Source of the DNA: a virus
Lineage: Duplodnaviria; Caudoviricetes
Virus record (IMG/VR): IMGVR_UViG_3300037067_023527
Location: 32,001 to 96,000 of that record
DNA length: 64,000 nucleotides
Direction: 5' to 3' (one strand)
This document shows, one piece after another, positions 11,043 to 21,150 of this stretch. The position numbers were made by a program, and so were the translations under genes. The notes beneath the pieces were generated by a model. That model saw only the letters and a list, made by a program, of their open reading frames with translations, was not told the origin of the DNA and did not search any database. Each line of letters opens with the position of its first letter. Positions within the stretch are counted from its first letter, which is position 1.

Positions 11043-11888
11043 ATGATCAAACTGAAGAATTGCAGCGCCGAGGACATGGGAACCCTTCTTCCTGAAAACG
11101 TAATCCTGTTGGGATATCGCGGAAGTATTGCCCACGGAATGTATCTCGATCCGGACAATCCAGAGAGCGTCGATGATAAAGACGTCATGGGAGTTTGCAT
11201 TGGAGCTCGCGAGACATATCTGGGTCTCGAAGTCTTCGAACAGAAGCAGGTTCAGCTTCGAGAATGGGATTCCGTTACCTACGAACTACGGAAATACGTT
11301 CGCCTCCTCGAGAACGGGAATCCAAACGTGCTGTCACTGCTTTGGCTGAAAGATCATCACTATATTTATCGGGATGCCTGGGGTTACATGCTGCTCAATC
11401 ATAGGAATCTTTTCGTATCAAAGAAGGTCTATCACTCCTTTATTGGCTATGCGTATGGCCAGATTAAGAAAATGGAGCATGCTAACTTCCAGGGGTACAT
11501 GGGTTCGAAGCGAAAAGCCCTTGTGGAGCAATTCGGATACGATTGTAAGAATGCCGCGCATGCAATTCGTCTCCTCCGGATGGGGATTGAGTTCCTAAAG
11601 GAGGGTGAATTCCACGTCTTCCGGGAAGATGCTCCGCAACTCATGGAAATCAAAACCGGAAAGTGGACGTTGGAACAGGTGAAGATAGAGGCTGCCCACC
11701 AATTCAAAAGGATTGAGGCCGCATACGACGAATGTAAATTACCTAAGGCCCCTGACCGGAAGAAGATCAACGAACTTCTGATGGAAATGACTTGGATGTG
11801 GCTGAATAGTGCGCCGGCCGAACAAGTCCGAATGGCAGATTTCTTGCACGGCGAAGACTGGAGGAAGCAATGCCAACCAGAAAAGTAA
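11043..11888 (+). CDS. Pol-beta superfamily nucleotidyltransferase (RlaP/YcgL-like)
   Basis: RGSIAHG...DDKDVMG, NGNPN, YDCKNAAHAIRLL. Confidence 0.85.
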   Translation: MIKLKNCSAEDMGTLLPENVILLGYRGSIAHGMYLDPDNPESVDDKDVMGVCIGARETYLGLEVFEQKQVQLREWDSVTYELRKYVRLLENGNPNVLSLLWLKDHHYIYRDAWGYMLLNHRNLFVSKKVYHSFIGYAYGQIKKMEHANFQGYMGSKRKALVEQFGYDCKNAAHAIRLLRMGIEFLKEGEFHVFREDAPQLMEIKTGKWTLEQVKIEAAHQFKRIEAAYDECKLPKAPDRKKINELLMEMTWMWLNSAPAEQVRMADFLHGEDWRKQCQPEK

Positions 11889-12418
11889 AGGATTACGAAA
11901 AAGATCCTAAATATGCAACCTGCCTGGATCCTGATCACAAACCTCCAACAATGGTGGTTTGGGATCCCGGGGAATATGAGCACACATGCCCTAGATGTGG
12001 ACGCATAACCAAATTCGTCGTGCCAATGCGGGAATGCATGCATCACACGAAAGGGGTTTGCGGATGAAAATAGGAGATCCAGTAATAGAAGGCGTTCCAC
12101 AGAGAATCGCGGCCGAGCATCAACCGCCGTATATCCCTCTTCCGTGCATCAGAGTGGAAGATAGGGAGATCACACGATACGAATTGTCGATTTGGGAAAG
12201 GATAAAGGTCCTTTTCACTGGTTCTATCTACCTAGAACTCCTGACGGCAGAAGAGTTCGTGCATCCACGTATTGTATCGGTCGATAAACCAAAGATTTAA
12301 GCGACTGTGGGAGCGTTGTAAAAGTGCGTTTCGTTCAGACTCTTTGATCGAGGTCGAATAGAACAAACTTGCTGGTCTATGCCGGCGCGCTCCCATCTTT
12401 AACAAAAAGGAGGATTGG

Positions 12419-12676
12419 ATGGATAAGCCATTATTCCAAACAGAACGAGTAGCCAGTCCGGAAGTTGAAAAAGAAGTCCGGGAAATGATGACATACGCTC
12501 CATGGGGAGAGAAACAGAAAGCGGCCGGGAAAGAGGTTGTCGAATCCCTGACTAACTCGATTCTGGTTATCATCAAGAATGTGCCCCCGGGCGATGATCG
12601 CGATGTGGCGATCAGAAAGATCAGAGAAGCGAGAATGGATGCGAACTCTGCTTTGACGCATCAGGGCAGATTCTAG
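12419..12676 (+). CDS. Acb2/Tad1-like small helical protein
   Basis: TYAP...VPPGDDRDVAIRKIREARMDANSAL resembles the P.SRE.SLA.TKLEEA.MWANAAI pattern; RBS AGGAGG. Confidence 0.55.
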   Translation: MDKPLFQTERVASPEVEKEVREMMTYAPWGEKQKAAGKEVVESLTNSILVIIKNVPPGDDRDVAIRKIREARMDANSALTHQGRF

Positions 12677-12694
12677 CTGAAACGGAGAATTTGA

Positions 12695-12967
12695 ATGACC
12701 GGCGCCGAATTTGTATCTATACGTGAAAAATGCGGATTGAGCCAAGACCAAGTGGCTCAATATCTGGGGATAAGCAGAACAACGGTTTGGCGAATAGAGG
12801 GAGGAGTTGAGTCCGTCAATCTCTCAATCGAGCTTTCAATTAACGGAATGAAGGCTGGAAGTAGGACTTTCAACTCATGGCTTGCCAAATTACCCCCAAA
12901 AACACGCATGCATATTCGGCGCCGGCAGCACAGACATAATTCTAACGGATCTTCCGGAAACCCATGA
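12695..12967 (+). CDS. XRE-family HTH protein
   Basis: REKCGLSQDQVAQYLGISRTTVWRIEGG. Confidence 0.85.
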   Translation: MTGAEFVSIREKCGLSQDQVAQYLGISRTTVWRIEGGVESVNLSIELSINGMKAGSRTFNSWLAKLPPKTRMHIRRRQHRHNSNGSSGNP

Positions 12968-13425
12968 CTCAGTATATAAATCCATCCAAAAGCCAGGAGT
13001 GGGGAACTCCTCAGGATCTTTTTAATACCTTGAATGAGGAATTTCACTTCCAGCTCGATGCTTGCGCGAGCAAGGATATCGCCAAATGCCCGAAGTTCTT
13101 CTCACAGCAGGAGGACTCATTATTGCAACGGTGGGCGTCATCAACATTCTGCAATCCTCCCTATGGGAATTCATTGAAATTATGGGTCCGGAAAGCTTAT
13201 GACGAGGCCCGTCGCGGATGCACCGTGGTAATGCTTCTTCCCGCGCGCACGGATGTGGAATGGTTCCATCGATATTGCTTTGTACCCGGTACGGAAATCA
13301 GGTTTATAAAAGGCAGGCTTGGGTTTGAGGGAGTGCAGGGACGATCTCGAGCGCCTTTCCCCTCTATGATTGTTGTTTTCAGACCCCCGAAGTTGACCAA
13401 AGGTATTGACAAAAAAGCTGTATAG
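12964..13425 (+). CDS. phage DNA N6-adenine methyltransferase (Dam-like)
   Basis: EWGTPQ, LDACA, FCNPPYG, LLPARTD, KGRL.F. Confidence 0.93.
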   Translation: MTQYINPSKSQEWGTPQDLFNTLNEEFHFQLDACASKDIAKCPKFFSQQEDSLLQRWASSTFCNPPYGNSLKLWVRKAYDEARRGCTVVMLLPARTDVEWFHRYCFVPGTEIRFIKGRLGFEGVQGRSRAPFPSMIVVFRPPKLTKGIDKKAV

Positions 13426-13460
13426 ATAAATGATATGGTCATACAAATGGAGGGTTCCTA

Positions 13461-13670
13461 ATGGATAGCAGAGAGTTGCAGCAAGCCATGCATTCGCTCG
13501 GAGGAATCAGCCAGGGCGAGCTGGCAAAACGTCTCGGAGTGCGGCCGGAGACAGTGCACCGATGGATACGGGGAGTTAAGGGAAAACCCAGGAACGTACC
13601 CGGTCCAGCCGCGATCGCAATCCGGCAATGGATCGACGAGAAAAAGGACCGAGAAAAAGGACGAAAGTAA
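13461..13670 (+). CDS. Cro-like HTH protein
   Basis: SQGELAKRLGVRPETVHRW; RBS GGAGG; TTGACA at 13406. Confidence 0.8.
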   Translation: MDSRELQQAMHSLGGISQGELAKRLGVRPETVHRWIRGVKGKPRNVPGPAAIAIRQWIDEKKDREKGRK

Positions 13671-14358
13671 TCTCGTAGAGCAAGGACCTCCAAATGGACG
13701 AAATTTCTAGAAAACGAGCGGAAAAATTCGGCGATAGCAGGATGTGGAGCCCAGTCGATGCGCTTGAAGACGCGATCGAGACGATTAAGACAAAAGATCT
13801 CAAGGATATCCGGCTGGCAGTTCACTGGTTCGAGGTCCAGCCGGATGGATCGCGAAAACACCATTACACGGCAGCAAATCTAACATTCCCAGAGCACATA
13901 TCTCTTATCCGGGTGGCAGACCACCGATTGATACATGATTGGTTTGGAGATTAAGAGACCAGTTCCAGGAGGCATCATGGCGCAAAGTAAGAAGCCTGGC
14001 GGCGGTTTAGGAGATATGCCACGGATAGACATTGGACTCTTCCTTGAAGAGGTCAAGGCGCATCATTTATCGAAAGCCATCGAATGGAGCGGCCGAGAAT
14101 TGATGTCCAACCCCAAAATAGCGGAAAAGATTACCGGCCTTCTAATGGGGGAGTCGGAACTGACAAAAATCGTTCTGGCGATCGCGGTACAATCTGGAAT
14201 CCAACCTCCCATTGTGCACAACAATATTACGACCGGATTCATCATGGGGATTGCGCTTGCCCTTGAACTTCTAAATGAGAGGGAATCTCTATTCGGCAAC
14301 GTCGATGAAGATGATCCAAAAATAACTCCAGGACCCAAAACTATTCAATAAAAAGTAT

Positions 14359-14387
14359 TGACAGTATGTCAGTGACTATATATATTC
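14359..14387 (+). promoter_or_regulatory. sigma70-type promoter
   Basis: TTGACA-N17-TATATT. Confidence 0.7.
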
Positions 14388-14431
14388 TCACCACAGCATC
14401 ATTGAACAGCATTTTTGGAACATAAATTTAT

Positions 14432-14445
14432 TGTACCCGGGTACA
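14432..14445. promoter_or_regulatory. perfect 14-bp palindrome TGTACCCGGGTACA (variant of the dispersed motif)
   Basis: lies between the promoter and the probable Dcm start (14469). Confidence 0.6.
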
Positions 14446-14468
14446 GTAAAGATTGGAAATTACTAATA

Positions 14469-15800
14469 ATGATACGCGGAGTCGATCTTTTTTGTGGAGC
14501 CGGCGGTAGTACGACAGGTCTCATGATGGCCTGTAAAGAACTCGGGAGAAAGGTCGACGTGCTCGCGATAAATCATTGGAATATTGCTATCGCTACGCAC
14601 ATGACAAACCACCCGGGATTTCGGCACATGTGCGAAAACCTCGATTCCGTCAATCCTAAAAAGGCAATCCCGGGCGGGAAGCTGGATATTTTACTGGCTG
14701 GCCCAGAATGCACCCATCATTCCAATGCGCGCGGCGGCAAGCCGATGCTGGATCAGAGCCGGGCGAGCGCATGGCACGTTGTCAGATGGTGCGAAGCCCT
14801 GTATGTCCAGGATGTCGTGGTAGAAAACGTGATGGAATTCCAGAAATGGGGTCCTCTCGATCGCAAAGGCAGGCGCATAAAAGAGCGCGAAGGGGAAACC
14901 TTCAAGGCATGGATTGCAGCTCTGGAATCCCTCGATTACCGGGTTGAATGGAAAGTCCTCAATGCAGCAGACTTCGGTGATGCAACAACTCGAAAGCGCC
15001 TGTTTATTAGAGCGCGCAGAGGGGATAAGGCGATTTCGTGGCCAGATCCTTCCAATAATGCGGCATCGTGGCGCCCGGCGCGCGACGTGATTGATTGGAG
15101 TATCCCGGGTCAGAGCATATTCGATCGTAAGAAACCTCTCGCGCCGGCGACGATGGCCAGAATCATGGTTGGATTAAAGAAATTCGGCGGTGAGAAGATT
15201 GAACCCTTCCTCATTGTCTTTCGCAATCACCAAGACGCGAGTGATATCGATCAGCCGATTCCGACCATGACAACATCCGGGGCGAATTTCGGGCTGTGTG
15301 AGCCATTCGTCCTGGGCCAACAGTCTGGGAGTGTAGCCAGATCGGTGCAGAATCCGTTTCCAACTATCGCAACCGGCGGCGCGATCGCCCTCATTGAACC
15401 GTTCCTGGTTGAGTACCACGGGAGCCACAAGGAAAAAAAGGACGGCGACGGCCGTACAATGTCCGTACAACGTCCATTCAAGACCCTTGACACGTCAAAT
15501 CGGTTCGGATTGTGCGAGCCGTTCATGGTGAAGTATTACCGTACCGGTACGGCGTATCCTGTAAGCAAGCCAATGGACACGATCACAGCCAAGGACAGAA
15601 TCGGCTTGGTTGTCCCGGAAATTAATGGCGTGGCCCTGGACATTCGGTTTCGAATGCTTCAGCCCCATGAGTTGGCGGAAGCCATGGGATTCCCAAAGAC
15701 TTACAAGTTTGCCGGCACACGCGAGGCAAAGGTTAGGCAAATTGGTAATGCCTGGTCTGTCAGGACGGCCAAGGCTTTGTGTAAATCAGTTTTACAGTGA
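14469..15800 (+). CDS. DNA cytosine-5 methyltransferase
   Basis: DLFCGAGG, GPECTHHS, ENV, R.RLF, QIGNA; repeated EPF/PTxT segments. Confidence 0.93.
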   Translation: MIRGVDLFCGAGGSTTGLMMACKELGRKVDVLAINHWNIAIATHMTNHPGFRHMCENLDSVNPKKAIPGGKLDILLAGPECTHHSNARGGKPMLDQSRASAWHVVRWCEALYVQDVVVENVMEFQKWGPLDRKGRRIKEREGETFKAWIAALESLDYRVEWKVLNAADFGDATTRKRLFIRARRGDKAISWPDPSNNAASWRPARDVIDWSIPGQSIFDRKKPLAPATMARIMVGLKKFGGEKIEPFLIVFRNHQDASDIDQPIPTMTTSGANFGLCEPFVLGQQSGSVARSVQNPFPTIATGGAIALIEPFLVEYHGSHKEKKDGDGRTMSVQRPFKTLDTSNRFGLCEPFMVKYYRTGTAYPVSKPMDTITAKDRIGLVVPEINGVALDIRFRMLQPHELAEAMGFPKTYKFAGTREAKVRQIGNAWSVRTAKALCKSVLQ

Positions 15801-15810
15801 GGTAATTATC

Positions 15811-16047
15811 ATGCCCGATGACGATAAAAAGAAAAGTGACATGATTTTCGTTGGTCAAGGATGGACCAGGAAAACCCGAAACAATGAAAACATGATTTCG
15901 GGAGAGGTCAGATTCAAGCTGGTAATCCTTCCGAACAAAAAGCATAAGCAGGGTGACAACCTGCCAAATGTGAACCTCTTTTTTGCTCCTGCGGACAGGG
16001 AGAAAAAAGAGAAGAAGGACGAGGAAAACCCCGAAGATCTCATCTAG
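15811..16047 (+). CDS. small putative ssDNA-binding protein (DUF736-like)
   Basis: VGQGW......ISG....VILPNK....PN, acidic tail; RBS GAGG. Confidence 0.4.
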   Translation: MPDDDKKKSDMIFVGQGWTRKTRNNENMISGEVRFKLVILPNKKHKQGDNLPNVNLFFAPADREKKEKKDEENPEDLI

Positions 16048-16054
16048 GAGGGTT

Positions 16055-16387
16055 ATGGACCGCAGACAGTTTTTCCAACAATGCATTGGCGCAGCGGCGC
16101 TTGCTGCTGTGCTTCCGGCCGCAAAGGCAGGGATACCTGAGAAAAAGACAGGGGATGTCAATGTCGACTATCCGTTGTACTGGCTTAGCGAAGGCGCTCT
16201 CTGCCGACTTGTGAAAGTAGAAGGGAACGCCCGGAAGGGAGATCTCTGTGGATGGACAGGCAGACCCAATGAAGTGGGACCGTTCACCGGACGATGGCCG
16301 ATCGCCGGCGCACTTTACACGGACCCATCGAACGGGTGGGCTTGGCTGTGTTTCTCTGGCGGGCCTGCGCCCGTCCGAGCATTATAA
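16055..16387 (+). CDS. Tat-signal protein
   Basis: MDRRQFF + hydrophobic stretch + AKA; RBS AGGAGG. Confidence 0.6.
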   Translation: MDRRQFFQQCIGAAALAAVLPAAKAGIPEKKTGDVNVDYPLYWLSEGALCRLVKVEGNARKGDLCGWTGRPNEVGPFTGRWPIAGALYTDPSNGWAWLCFSGGPAPVRAL

Positions 16388-16409
16388 ACGAGCAAAACTG
16401 GAGGTTAGG

Positions 16410-16658
16410 ATGAAGAAAGTCAGAAAGCCGGTTCGTCCCCGTTGGACGAAGGGCGAAGTAAAGATTCTCAAGTCAATGTACCGAACTCACAGTAATTGGG
16501 AGATTGCCGTCCATCTCGGTCGGAAAGTCTCATCTGTCGTTTTAAAGGGGCATCGCCTGGGATTGAGAAAGAGCGCCGCCAGGTTGAAGGCCATGGGAAA
16601 AGAAAATATCGCTCGGCGATGGGAGACTACCCGTGGGCGTACAAAAAAACGGAATTAG
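16410..16658 (+). CDS. small basic Myb/SANT-like HTH protein
   Basis: RWTKGEVKILKSMY...EIAVHLGRKVSSV..KGHRLGL. Confidence 0.65.
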   Translation: MKKVRKPVRPRWTKGEVKILKSMYRTHSNWEIAVHLGRKVSSVVLKGHRLGLRKSAARLKAMGKENIARRWETTRGRTKKRN

Positions 16659-17529
16659 CTGGACCGACAGGACTTGGAACCCGATTGTTGGCTGCAGTCG
16701 GGTTTCTTCCGGATGCGACCACTGCTGGGCAGAACGTATGGCTCGCGTCCATTACCACCATGAATTCCCGAAGGGATGGAATGGTAACGTCATGGCGTTC
16801 CCTGATCGCATTCTACAGCCAAACCATTGGAAGAAACCATGCAGGGTAGCTGTTGGCCTGATGGGAGATATCTTCCACAAAAAAATGTCATTCGGTTTAC
16901 TTGATCATATCTGGGCAACAATGGGTTGTTGCGAGTTGCCCGATTTACGTCACTTGACCTTCCAGATTCTTACAAAACGTCCTGATCGCATGCTTGAGTA
17001 TGCAAAATATCGGGCAGAATCTGGAATGGTCTTTGGTTTGCCAAACCTTTGGGTGGGCGTCTCCGTGGAAGATCAGGAAACCGCAAATATACGCATACCA
17101 ATCCTTAACGATCATATTAAGGCGGTGGTCAAGTTTGTCAGTCTGGAACCATTGCTTGGTCCGGTAATATTTAGAAATGTCCCTGGATTCAATCGAATAG
17201 ACCTGAATCTGAGAAATTGGTGGATCATCGTCGGCGGTGAGTCAGGCCCAGGATCCCGGCCGATGAATCCCAATTGGGTTAGATCGATCCGAGATCAGTG
17301 CCAAGTGTCAGGTGTGCCGTTTCATTTTAAGGGTTGGGGAGATTGGGCTCAAAACCAATATGTGGCAGGAAATGCGTTTGGATATGCCAAGGCTAAACGT
17401 ACTTTGTTCGATAACTCATCGCATAAGTTCGCCTTTGACGATCAGACAATGATGGAACGCGTTGGCAAGAAAGCCGCCGGCCGAATGCTGGATGGACATG
17501 AATGGTTGGAATTTCCGGAGGTAGCATAA
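16633..17529 (+). CDS. DUF5131 (phage Gp37/Gp68) family protein
   Basis: ISWTDRTWNPIVGCSRVSSGCDHCWA, ILTKRP, SLEPLL, GGESG. Confidence 0.92.
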   Translation: MGVQKNGISWTDRTWNPIVGCSRVSSGCDHCWAERMARVHYHHEFPKGWNGNVMAFPDRILQPNHWKKPCRVAVGLMGDIFHKKMSFGLLDHIWATMGCCELPDLRHLTFQILTKRPDRMLEYAKYRAESGMVFGLPNLWVGVSVEDQETANIRIPILNDHIKAVVKFVSLEPLLGPVIFRNVPGFNRIDLNLRNWWIIVGGESGPGSRPMNPNWVRSIRDQCQVSGVPFHFKGWGDWAQNQYVAGNAFGYAKAKRTLFDNSSHKFAFDDQTMMERVGKKAAGRMLDGHEWLEFPEVA

Positions 17530-18260
17530 TGGCCTGCAAGGTTACTTTAAAAGACGGTTCGACGATGATCGTCTGCGGCAAGTTCCTTGGTAAACAACAG
17601 TATTGCGCTCATTGCGGCCGCCCGGCGAATCTGCTTTGCGATTGGCCTCTTACAAATGGAAAGACTTGCGATCTGCCGATCTGCCCGAACTGCAGCACTC
17701 CGGATGGACCAGACAAGGATTATTGCAAGAGTCATATCGTGGAGTCAAAACGATAAGATATGAAAAATAAATGGGTTAAGATAAAAGCCGGGGCACGTTG
17801 GAGATACATGAATGGAAGTAGGATTTTGGGCGTTGTTACCTGGGCCTTTGACGGATGGGATGCTTTTGTATTAACCCAGCGTAAATGGCCCAATGGAGTA
17901 AGGCAACTCAATACAACTCGAAGATTTTGGGATGCCAGAAGATCTGTTGAAGAGGAGGTCTCGAATGGGAAATAAAACTATATTCGACATGGGGAAAAAT
18001 CTTCACCCTGACCGTTTGGATATACCAATGTTCGAGCCGCCAAAACTTAGCCCAGAGGTTATAGTTGCGTTGGATTATGCAAAAGAAGGAATGGACTACA
18101 CGGGTGTGTACGTTCAGCATATTAAGTGGGCTCCGAATCCGGGTCCCTGGTTCCACAATCGTCCATTTGATAGTGGCTACGGCCCAGTCATTGATCTTAA
18201 GCCAGAAGATTACAGTGTGAGCACCGCTCCGGCCGAATTGCCCGAGCACAAGCACAAGGA

Positions 18261-18572
18261 TTGACGCGAATGACTGTCTATGTCGACAATGCTTTCCTGA
18301 AATTTCGCAATATGCTGATGTGTCATCTCGTAGCGGACTCTACGGAAGAACTTTTGGACATGGCCAGGAAAATTGGTGTTAAGGTCAAATGGATCCAGCA
18401 TGCCGGGCAGCCGGGAAGAGAGCATTTTGATATTTGCCAGACCAAAAGAAATCTTGCCCTTAAGGCAGGAGCTGTACCGGTATCATGGCCAGAGTTGGCT
18501 GTTATGCTGAGAACCAGAAAAAATGGAATTTTAGTAACTCCCGCGAAGTCGAAAGACTTGCTGATGCGCTAG
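18261..18572 (+). CDS. DUF4031 family protein
   Basis: MTVYVD, MCHLVADS.EEL, HFDI. Confidence 0.85.
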   Translation: MTRMTVYVDNAFLKFRNMLMCHLVADSTEELLDMARKIGVKVKWIQHAGQPGREHFDICQTKRNLALKAGAVPVSWPELAVMLRTRKNGILVTPAKSKDLLMR

Positions 18573-18724
18573 TGGCTAGTCTCGCAATACACGCGTGAGC
18601 CGGCGCTGGACCGACAAGTGGTAGTCGGAAAAGGCTAAAGGCAGATGGGCCCGCCGCCACCGGAGCCCGTCAATACGGCGAAGAAAGTGGCGAGACCGCG
18701 GGAGACCCAAAATAGGAGAGCAAA

Positions 18725-19198
18725 ATGTCTCTTTACATGGAAAGTACGAAAATCAGCGCAGAAAGAACCGCCCATGAGATTTCAAATATTCTTATCCAGG
18801 CTGGGGCCTCTGCTATCCGGCACGATGTAAAAGAAAAGAAGATTTGCGGTCTTTCATTTACCTTGGAGATCAAAGGGGATCAGGTTCCATTTACTCTTCC
18901 AGTGCGCATCGAACCTATTTTTAGATATCTGCAGAAGAGAATTTCTCCAAGAAATAGGGACAGGAACAAGCCGGCTCAACTTCTTCAGGCGGAGAGAGTT
19001 GCATGGCGCCAACTTCTTCGATGGATACAGGCGCAGGTGGCGCTTATTGATACCGGAATGGTGAAAGCCGATGAGGTTTTCCTGCCTTACATTCAGACCG
19101 GAGTGAACGAAACGCTTTATGAAAGGCTTTCGAGTTGTTCACTATCCAATCTTCATCGTCTTGCTCTTCCATCCGGAAATGACAATAAAATAGGTTGA
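18725..19198 (+). CDS. conserved phage hypothetical protein
   Basis: QAERVAWRQLLRWI.AQ, VFLPY; RBS AGGAG. Confidence 0.6.
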   Translation: MSLYMESTKISAERTAHEISNILIQAGASAIRHDVKEKKICGLSFTLEIKGDQVPFTLPVRIEPIFRYLQKRISPRNRDRNKPAQLLQAERVAWRQLLRWIQAQVALIDTGMVKADEVFLPYIQTGVNETLYERLSSCSLSNLHRLALPSGNDNKIG

Positions 19199-19253
19199 CA
19201 GTTAGACGTAGTTATACGATAAAGATTCTTATACCACACACTCGGGAGGTTGC

Positions 19254-19817
19254 ATGGAAACAAAGAACGAAACAAGAACTCTGCCCGTAAAACTGGACGA
19301 TGTTGAGCGCAAAGCAAAGGCTCTTGAATTGGCCAGGGTGATCAAAGAAAAATCAGACCTCGAAGAAAGTCTCAGCCGGCTTTCCAATAATATGAAGATT
19401 GAAATCAAAACGAGGTCATTGAAGATCAGCATGCTGGCAGAGATTGTTGACAGCGGCATCGAGCGGCGAGAAGTAGAATGTTTCGAACGCCAGGACCGAG
19501 AAAAACTTATTGTCGAGATCGTGCGTTGCGATACCCAGGAAGTCATCCAGACTCGGGAAATGACGCCCAATGAACGGCAACTGGTTTTATTTCCTAAGGA
19601 CAAGATTCACCTGGTAGGCGATGATCGCAAAGAACTTAAGGATCTTGCGGACAAGGTTGCCAACAGCGTTGAAAAAGCCCTGACGGGAACGGACGGCAAC
19701 AATCAGAATGAGCACGTCCAGCCGGATAGTCCCGGGGATGACGATCAGACCAAAAAACAACCGCCAGATTCCTCTGGGTCGAATAATACCATTGGCCCGG
19801 AGGGCGAGGATGAGTAG
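19254..19817 (+). CDS. hypothetical protein
   Basis: TRTLPVKL..., REMT..ERQ motif; RBS GGAGG; TTGACA at 19195. Confidence 0.55.
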   Translation: METKNETRTLPVKLDDVERKAKALELARVIKEKSDLEESLSRLSNNMKIEIKTRSLKISMLAEIVDSGIERREVECFERQDREKLIVEIVRCDTQEVIQTREMTPNERQLVLFPKDKIHLVGDDRKELKDLADKVANSVEKALTGTDGNNQNEHVQPDSPGDDDQTKKQPPDSSGSNNTIGPEGEDE

Positions 19818-20051
19818 AAGACACAGGAAATGGAGACCGCCCCAAAAGGCTGCTCGCAAAGATCAGAATCGAGCCGATGGAGCATGGGAAGTAACGTATG
19901 AGTGTGGAGAGATTGTTCCGTTTCCTCCTGCTTCTTCTCAGGATATAGAATCCATTGTGCGGGATCATAAGCATCTTTGCAGTCGACCTGGATGCCGGCC
20001 GTACCACTATATACAGCAGGAAGCAAAAAGATCTTCTTGAGGGGGTAAAAT

Positions 20052-20270
20052 ATGGCGGAATGGGTGCAAACTCCTGAGAGTTCCCATGTCGTTGCGATTA
20101 AATACGAACCCGAAACCCAGGATGTGCACGTTCAATTCAACGATGGATCAGAATATGTTTATTCGAACGTGCCCTCATCGGTGTGGGAAGAACTGTTGGA
20201 CGCCGGCTCGAAAGGAAGATTCATAAACATAGTCCTGCGGCGCCGATTTCCGTATTCAAGGATTTCATAA
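20052..20270 (+). CDS. KTSC domain protein
   Basis: SS.V....Y......V.F..G..Y.Y..VP........A.SKG.F. Confidence 0.88.
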   Translation: MAEWVQTPESSHVVAIKYEPETQDVHVQFNDGSEYVYSNVPSSVWEELLDAGSKGRFINIVLRRRFPYSRIS

Positions 20271-20796
20271 TGTCCGGTAATTTTGGACCGCTTCCAGTGG
20301 GAGCGCAAATATTGTGGCAAACTCCCGGGGTTATGCTAATGTACGCCGATGCAAAGGGAGGAATTTGGCGATATCTGTACGATTACCACGCAAGATGGCC
20401 GGTTGAATTCAACCCGCCGATCGACGTGAAACGACATATTCAGCAAGAACCGGCCGCCAATATCAAACATGGTCTGACCGAGAAGGAAATCGAGGATCTT
20501 ATATGACAAACGATGAGGCAATTTTCCTGGGAACGCAAAAATTCCTCGAGAGCAACAAGGAATGGGTTGGAAATCGCATTGAAAAGGGAGTCGAGTTGGC
20601 CACGGCGGAAATAGCAGCAAGCATTGGGCTGCAGATAGCCGCCCGCGTTGGCAAGTTCATGGAAAACAATAAAGCTGATCTTATTCTTGCCTACAAGGAG
20701 ATGAGCGGGAAGGCTTTGCTTGAACAGTTGCGCGAGAAATTACATGACATTCGTACCAGCGAAAAAGCCTTTGATGTCCCTAAAAAGGATTGAGCG

Positions 20797-21150
20797 ATGA
20801 ATATTGATTTCATAGACATTCTGATTGCAAGCCTCTGTGTGTGGCGCCTGGCGCACATGATAAAATACGAGGCCGGACCATGGGATATCTTCATCCGGAT
20901 CAGGGAGAGGCTTGGAACTGGAATGCTGGGGAAATTGATGGACTGCATCTGGTGCAGCTCAGTCTGGCTGGCAATAATATATTTTGTACCCGGTACAAAA
21001 TACCTCGTGATCCTGTTGGCAATTTCAGGCTTGGCGATATTACTGGAGGGATTGCATGTCTTGTTGTGGCGGTCAAAAGAGAAAACAATCACTAATTCTG
21101 GCATATCCCCAATTTACCGTGATTTATTTAGGATCAAACCCGACGTATAA
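20797..21150 (+). CDS. DUF1360-like membrane protein
   Basis: VWRLAH, GPWDIF..IRE, L.DCIWCSSVW; hydrophobic segments. Confidence 0.6.
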   Translation: MNIDFIDILIASLCVWRLAHMIKYEAGPWDIFIRIRERLGTGMLGKLMDCIWCSSVWLAIIYFVPGTKYLVILLAISGLAILLEGLHVLLWRSKEKTITNSGISPIYRDLFRIKPDV

